DNA of 64,000 nt from Thermoanaerobaculia bacterium. GTDB lineage: Bacteria; Acidobacteriota; Thermoanaerobaculia; Thermoanaerobaculales; Sulfomarinibacteraceae. The stretch covers positions 128,042 to 192,041 of the forward strand of contig JAMOWA010000018.1 of NCBI GenBank assembly GCA_027061805.1, given 5' to 3'. The notes beneath the pieces are model-generated. The model saw only the letters and a list, made by a program, of their open reading frames with translations. It was not told where the DNA came from and ran no database searches. The position numbers and the translations under genes are program-made. Numbering within the stretch: the stretch's first letter is position 1; each line of letters begins with the position of its first letter. Shown one piece after another: positions 59,293-64,000 of the stretch.

Positions 59293-62200
59293 GACGCCTC
59301 CTCCGGCATCTTCGCCCCCCGCTGCTCCCACAGCCGTCTGACGGGGTCGTCCTCCCCCAGCACGGCCATGGCGTCCACGAACCGGCGCCGGTAGGACGAG
59401 TCGTCCCGCAGGCAGGCGAGCCGCACGGCGCAGTGGTCACAGGGCGCCCCGGCCCCGTCGAGCCGCGGAAACATGGTTCCCGTGTCGAGGCACGCCAGGA
59501 TCTCCCCGACGGCCAGACCCGCCGCCGTCGCGATGGCGGCGTGGTCGGCGGTGCCATCGAGCTCCACCGTGCGCTCGGTGGGCGCGAGCCCCTCCTTGAG
59601 CGCCAGGTAGCGCCCCACGGCGCCGCCGGGGTTGGCGAGGGCGTAGACGGCACCCTGGAGCAGCCTGCCCTGCCGGGCGTACCGGATACGAGTCGATGCA
59701 TTGACGGCGTTGTCCACGGAGCCCGTCTTGTAGTCCGTCAGCACCAGGGTGCCGTCGTCCCGGTGGTCCACCCGGTCGGCCCGGAAACGCACCGTTGCCG
59801 TCTCCCGCCCGAGCGGGATCTCGGCGGCGCCCCGAAGCTCCGCGCCGAGGACACGGGGGCCGGACCCCTCCCAGTCGATCTCCCGTGTCCGTTCGAGGAA
59901 CCCCAGGGCACGCCGGGCAAGGGCCAGCGCCAGCGCCGGCCGGCCCTCCCGTGCGGCCACCCGCCGGGCCTCGCGGATGGCGAGCTCCTCGAGCTTCGGG
60001 GGCTCGGGCCACTCCACCTTTCGGGCGTCGTGCCGGCGGGCCACGTCGAGCTCCACGTCGGAGGGCAGCCCGTGTTCCCGGACCAGCGCCTCGAGGATCG
60101 CATGGACCACACTGCCGAGGAGGGCACCACCGAGACGGTCGAGACCGGCGCCGGCCTCGGGCGGGGCTTCGATGCCCAGATCGCGTTCGAGGAAGGCGCG
60201 GAAGGGGCAGCGGGAGACGGCCTCGAGCCGTGTCACCCAGAGCTCCCCGGGTGGTGGGGCCCCCACGGCACCGTCGAAGGGCCCGAGCACGGGCTCGGGC
60301 CGCCTCGGCGGATCGAGCAGGTCGAGCACCCTGGCCGCATGGCTTCCAACGGGCCCCGCAACGGCCTCGAACATGGAGCCCACCGTGTCGCGATCTCCCC
60401 GGAGCCCGGTCGCCACGAGGTGCTCGATTCCGGGCCGGACCGATCCACCGCGGCCGGGATCGAAGACGTCGGCCACCAGCGGGCAATCCTCGCCACGGAG
60501 CGGTGCCTCGAGGCGTCCTTCGAGGGAGAGCCGCTCCAGGAAGGCCGAGGGGTTCGTCGCCCGGCCGTCGTGGTCCGTGGCGGCCCAGGAGAGCGTCACG
60601 GATCGTGCCGAGCTCGACAGCTGGGCGAAGAGGTACCGCTCCTCCAGGGGTGAGCGGGCCGCCACCGGGATCTCGGCCAGCACGGCGCTCAGCTGGCGCC
60701 GTGCGATCTCGGGCAGCAGCGGGTCCTCCGGACGGCGGAAGGGGAAGACGCCGCGTCGGAGGTCGGCGAGAAAGAGGTGGTCGAAGGTTCTTCCGCGGGC
60801 CTCGGTGACGCCCAGGACGGCCACGCCGCCCCCCCGGCCGCCGGCCGGAGCGGTGGCGATGCTGGCCAGCCGGTCGGCCAGGACGGGGGCCAGGGCCTCC
60901 CACCGGAGCTCCCCGGAGGTCTCCAGAGATGTCAGGATCTCCCGGACCGCTCCCTCCGCATCGGTCACCGGCCGGCCGGCCAGGCCCAGGAGGCGAAACA
61001 GCCCGGCGAACCAGCCGGCAAGAGCGGCGGCATCCGCGCTCCGTGGTCGCCGGTCGAGGTGCCGCCGAAGCTTTCCTGCATCCTCGACGATTGCGGCGAC
61101 CAGAGGACGGGGCACCGTTCTCCTTCGCCGTCGCAATCGTCCGTCGTGCTCGTCGACGCCTTCCACCACCGGCAACCGGAGGCTCCCCTCCCCCGCACAG
61201 GCCGCCTGGCCGTCCCGGGCCGTGACATCCCGGATCGTGGCTGCGCCGACGGTGCGCAGCACGAGCCCGGCGAGCCGTGGCCCGCCGGGGATCGCCTCGG
61301 GACCGGCAGACTCGAGCCACGCGGCGGCGGGAGCGTCCGCACCCCGGAGGAGCAGCTCGGCCAGCGCTCTGGCACGGCGGGCCGGGGCCCCGGAAGGCAC
61401 GGAGGCGCCCTCGCCGGAGAACGGAATGCCGAGCCGCCCGAACTGGCGGCGCACGGCGGCCGTCAGCGTCTCGTCCAGGCGCCGCGCCACCAGGGCCACG
61501 GCCTCGGGGCGAACACCCGTGTCCAGCAGCCGCCGGATCCGGCCCGCGATCTCCCGGATCTCGGCCTCGGGTCCCGGCGCCACGAAGAACGCCGGACGGA
61601 CGTCGGGGCCGGACGGTGGCACCGCGGCCGCCCGGGCTGTCGCCCCCGCCCCCGCCAGCCGGTCGGCCAGGCGTTCCGCGAAGCGCCAGCCGGCGTCGCG
61701 CTCGGTGGGGCGGGCCGGGTCGGGGGGCAGGTCGACGATGACATGGGCGCCGTGGTGCCGGGCGAGGGCCTCCAGGAGGTCGCTCACGAGCCCGGTGGCC
61801 TCGGCGAAGCCGTGGATCAGGATCCCCCGGGCCGGAGACACCGCGCCCCCCGCGAGGAGCTCCACCGCCCGCCGCAGCAGGGACGAGCGGCCCGGGAGTC
61901 CACCCTCCATGGCCTCCAGCCAGGCGGCGGCCACCTCCACCACGGCCAGGCACCGCTCCCGCTGCCTGCCCGTGGTGCGTTCCTCCACGGCGTCGACGAC
62001 GGCCTCCGCGTTGGTGGCGTCGAGACCGGCGTCCACGAGGTCGCGCACCGCGGCGGCCACCGCCGCGTAGCCGTCCTCCAGGTCGCCGAGCGCCAGCCGG
62101 AGCGCGTCCTGCTCCGCGGCCAGCTGTCGCACCAGCACCTCCTGCACCGCCGAGCCGCCCGGGGACGGTGTCTCGCCCGCCCGCTCCAGCACCTCCCGGG

Positions 62201-62426
62201 CCAGGGCCCGGTGGGTCTGGACCACCACGCCGGCCAGGGCCCCGAGCTCCCGGGCCAGCACCGCGGTGAGGTGCCGCGCGAGGCTCCGCGACGGCACCAC
62301 GATCCGCACCGGCGGCCAGAGCGCCCCGGCATCCCGCGCCCGGCGCTCCAGGATCCAGTCCAGCACCCGCCGCTCGGCCTCGCGCGGCCCCGCGGCAGCG
62401 AGGATCGGTGAGAGGCTGTCGCTCAT
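59289..62426 (-). CDS. AddB-like helicase-nuclease subunit (no Walker A; C-terminal PD-(D/E)XK with Cys cluster)
   Basis: An ATGA overlap with the DUF5131 stop. Nuclease motif [11 protein letters not shown]. Terminal cysteines ILACLD...[13 protein letters not shown] are typical of the AddB-type Fe-S nuclease domain. Confidence 0.8.
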   Translation of the reverse strand: MSDSLSPILAAAGPREAERRVLDWILERRARDAGALWPPVRIVVPSRSLARHLTAVLARELGALAGVVVQTHRALAREVLERAGETPSPGGSAVQEVLVRQLAAEQDALRLALGDLEDGYAAVAAAVRDLVDAGLDATNAEAVVDAVEERTTGRQRERCLAVVEVAAAWLEAMEGGLPGRSSLLRRAVELLAGGAVSPARGILIHGFAEATGLVSDLLEALARHHGAHVIVDLPPDPARPTERDAGWRFAERLADRLAGAGATARAAAVPPSGPDVRPAFFVAPGPEAEIREIAGRIRRLLDTGVRPEAVALVARRLDETLTAAVRRQFGRLGIPFSGEGASVPSGAPARRARALAELLLRGADAPAAAWLESAGPEAIPGGPRLAGLVLRTVGAATIRDVTARDGQAACAGEGSLRLPVVEGVDEHDGRLRRRRRTVPRPLVAAIVEDAGKLRRHLDRRPRSADAAALAGWFAGLFRLLGLAGRPVTDAEGAVREILTSLETSGELRWEALAPVLADRLASIATAPAGGRGGGVAVLGVTEARGRTFDHLFLADLRRGVFPFRRPEDPLLPEIARRQLSAVLAEIPVAARSPLEERYLFAQLSSSARSVTLSWAATDHDGRATNPSAFLERLSLEGRLEAPLRGEDCPLVADVFDPGRGGSVRPGIEHLVATGLRGDRDTVGSMFEAVAGPVGSHAARVLDLLDPPRRPEPVLGPFDGAVGAPPPGELWVTRLEAVSRCPFRAFLERDLGIEAPPEAGAGLDRLGGALLGSVVHAILEALVREHGLPSDVELDVARRHDARKVEWPEPPKLEELAIREARRVAAREGRPALALALARRALGFLERTREIDWEGSGPRVLGAELRGAAEIPLGRETATVRFRADRVDHRDDGTLVLTDYKTGSVDNAVNASTRIRYARQGRLLQGAVYALANPGGAVGRYLALKEGLAPTERTVELDGTADHAAIATAAGLAVGEILACLDTGTMFPRLDGAGAPCDHCAVRLACLRDDSSYRRRFVDAMAVLGEDDPVRRLWEQRGAKMPEEAS

Positions 62427-63172
62427 GCCATGACCAGTTGATCGTCCGACACATTCTGGGCCGACCGAGGCATTTCATCCCAGGTCGTGCCCTGAAGCTG
62501 TCTTCCGGCCCGTTTCTTGTTCTTTCCACCCCATTGTTTGAAGAAGAACGGGACCGAGGCAGCCCGGCACTGATCACGAATAGAAATGACCCAAGCTTCC
62601 TCCATGGGTCTGGCGCGCGGACCCGACTCGCCTCCGACGATCACCCAATCGATTCCTCGAAGATCCAGGTCAGGCAGCGGTCCGAGCAGCGGCTCCAGGG
62701 AGAGAAACTTGGTTGCCGCCGGCGCTCTTCTCAGATGATCGATCCTGCCGATATACTCGCGCGTCTCCACACTGACACCCATCCAGACGTTTGACGGCCA
62801 GGGCAGGGAGTGTGCAAGCTCCTCCAACCGTTGCGCACGTTTGGTGAGCACCTGGAACGTGTGCCAGTGAGCCTGTCGCATGACCTCGAAGACCCGCAGC
62901 ACGAAATCGAACGGTACATCCTCGTGAAAGAGATCACTCATGGAGTTGACGAAAATCATCTGAGGACGCTTCCATCGAAGGGGCGTTTCCAGCACGTGCT
63001 CGTGGACGGCCAACTGGAAACCACGGGCATAGTTGGGCTGTCCCATCGCCTGTAACCGCCGGGCCATTCGCTCCGCATAACAGTTGGCACACCCCGGACT
63101 GACCTTGGTGCAGCCGGTCACCGGGTTCCAGGTGGATTCGGTCCATTCGATTGCCGATCTCGCCATGGTCAC
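62423..63172 (-). CDS. DUF5131 (phage Gp37/Gp68 family) three-Cys-motif protein
   Basis: [26 protein letters not shown] (C-x6-C-x2-C), [27 protein letters not shown] and [11 protein letters not shown] 63172 overlaps the tcmP stop (ATG 63166 is an alternative start). Confidence 0.85.
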   Translation of the reverse strand: MTMARSAIEWTESTWNPVTGCTKVSPGCANCYAERMARRLQAMGQPNYARGFQLAVHEHVLETPLRWKRPQMIFVNSMSDLFHEDVPFDFVLRVFEVMRQAHWHTFQVLTKRAQRLEELAHSLPWPSNVWMGVSVETREYIGRIDHLRRAPAATKFLSLEPLLGPLPDLDLRGIDWVIVGGESGPRARPMEEAWVISIRDQCRAASVPFFFKQWGGKNKKRAGRQLQGTTWDEMPRSAQNVSDDQLVMA

Positions 63173-64000
63173 GCTCCCATCTGTCGATACTTGTCGAAGA
63201 TGTCTGTGACAATCTTCGCCGCCACCGGCTTGTGACTGGCAAAGAACAGGAAGTAGACCACCGCGTTACTCGAGTTTCGCATCGGCACAGGCTCGGGAAC
63301 GTACTGGAACCCAGCGACGTTTCTGAGACGCTCCGCAAATGCGGAAACGACTTTCTCGTTACTCGCCTTCTCGGGGGGAGTTTCCCCGAATAGACCCAGC
63401 TGGGGATTGTCTTCATAGGCAATGTCGCGCCACGACTCATCGCCCCAGAAACTTGTCATCCTGCGAATACCAGAAGGCCTGACATGTTCTGGGTTGCGCC
63501 ACAGTGCGTTCCGGTTCATGTCCATGATCGGAAAGTTGAGGAAAATTTCGATGGACCTCATCTTGCCCGCGGTTTCAATGACCTCCCAGTTCAGGTGCAA
63601 TCCGTAAGGATCCAGGAGACAGAGCGCTCTCCGGTAGTCCTCATAGCGCACACGTGGAAACACATCGCGAAGAAGCACATCGTTACAATCACCATGAAGG
63701 ATATGAACCCCGGTGCGTTCCCGCACCTCAGGAAAGCTCCTGAGCTGATCGACCTTGTCACCATCGAGATCGACGAGGAAGTACTCGTCGAACGGTGGAT
63801 CGACATTGAGGGCGTGGAGAGGGCTTCCCGGTACGAACCTGTGAGTGTCACGAGTCCAATGGACGCCTGTCCCTGCAAACCCGTCGATATACACATGGGA
63901 GAGCGGCCTCTGCCTCGCCAGAATCCTTGAATACGCACTGGCGTATTTCTTCACGATCTCCAACTTGATCTCGGACCAGTACCCGATTTCGTCGAAGATG
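63169..64000 (-). CDS. tcmP: three-Cys-motif partner protein TcmP (5' end lies outside the window)
   Basis: The frame stays open to the window edge (...[23 protein letters not shown]...), so the TTG at 63963 in the track is probably not the true start. YIDGFAGTG glycine loop. Adjacent to and overlapping DUF5131, the defining partner. Confidence 0.75.
   Translation of the reverse strand, partial: IFDEIGYWSEIKLEIVKKYASAYSRILARQRPLSHVYIDGFAGTGVHWTRDTHRFVPGSPLHALNVDPPFDEYFLVDLDGDKVDQLRSFPEVRERTGVHILHGDCNDVLLRDVFPRVRYEDYRRALCLLDPYGLHLNWEVIETAGKMRSIEIFLNFPIMDMNRNALWRNPEHVRPSGIRRMTSFWGDESWRDIAYEDNPQLGLFGETPPEKASNEKVVSAFAERLRNVAGFQYVPEPVPMRNSSNAVVYFLFFASHKPVAAKIVTDIFDKYRQMGA

Noticed and set aside
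55648-62577. Kilobase-scale alternative ORFs over the addA/addB-like genes (55648..59394 +, 59437..62577 -, 59749..62070 +, 60777..62411 +)
   Set aside because: This is the same GC artefact. Only the frames 55678..59292 and 59289..62426 carry helicase/nuclease motifs and coupled start/stop overlaps.

Overview
High-GC (about 70-80% in core genes, by hand counts) bacterial chromosome segment; the taxon cannot be determined from sequence alone. It is densely coded, with many 1-4 nt start/stop overlaps. From left to right: the end of the dcw cluster (murG-murC-ftsQ-ftsA-ftsZ); a 0.9 kb non-coding stretch holding a strong terminator, two homologous inverted long-hairpin elements, an SRP RNA and two tRNA-Ser genes; tadA; a Pho-like locus (phosphodiesterase, porin, PhoB-type regulator, decayed kinase); a GT-C glycosyltransferase; an acyl-CoA mutase subunit; the rplU-rpmA-obg-nadD-rsfS-rlmH block; dksA-like and holA-like genes; GAF-PP2C plus a sigma-54 activator; an IDH-family dehydrogenase; two paralogous convergent ABC importers; an uncharacterised membrane / giant helical / GYF operon; citrate lyase genes split by blaI-blaR1/TonB; a PEP-utilising enzyme-HK-RR-CBS-SulP operon; and a right-end region with lower-GC patches. 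That last region holds a trypco2 fragment, a broken AlbA_2 regulator, and a four-gene translationally coupled operon tcmP-DUF5131-addB-like-addA-like. I rank this operon as the best candidate for an undescribed DNA-targeting system. The many long off-frame ORFs in the track are GC-driven artefacts. All family assignments come from motifs read by eye; no searches were run.
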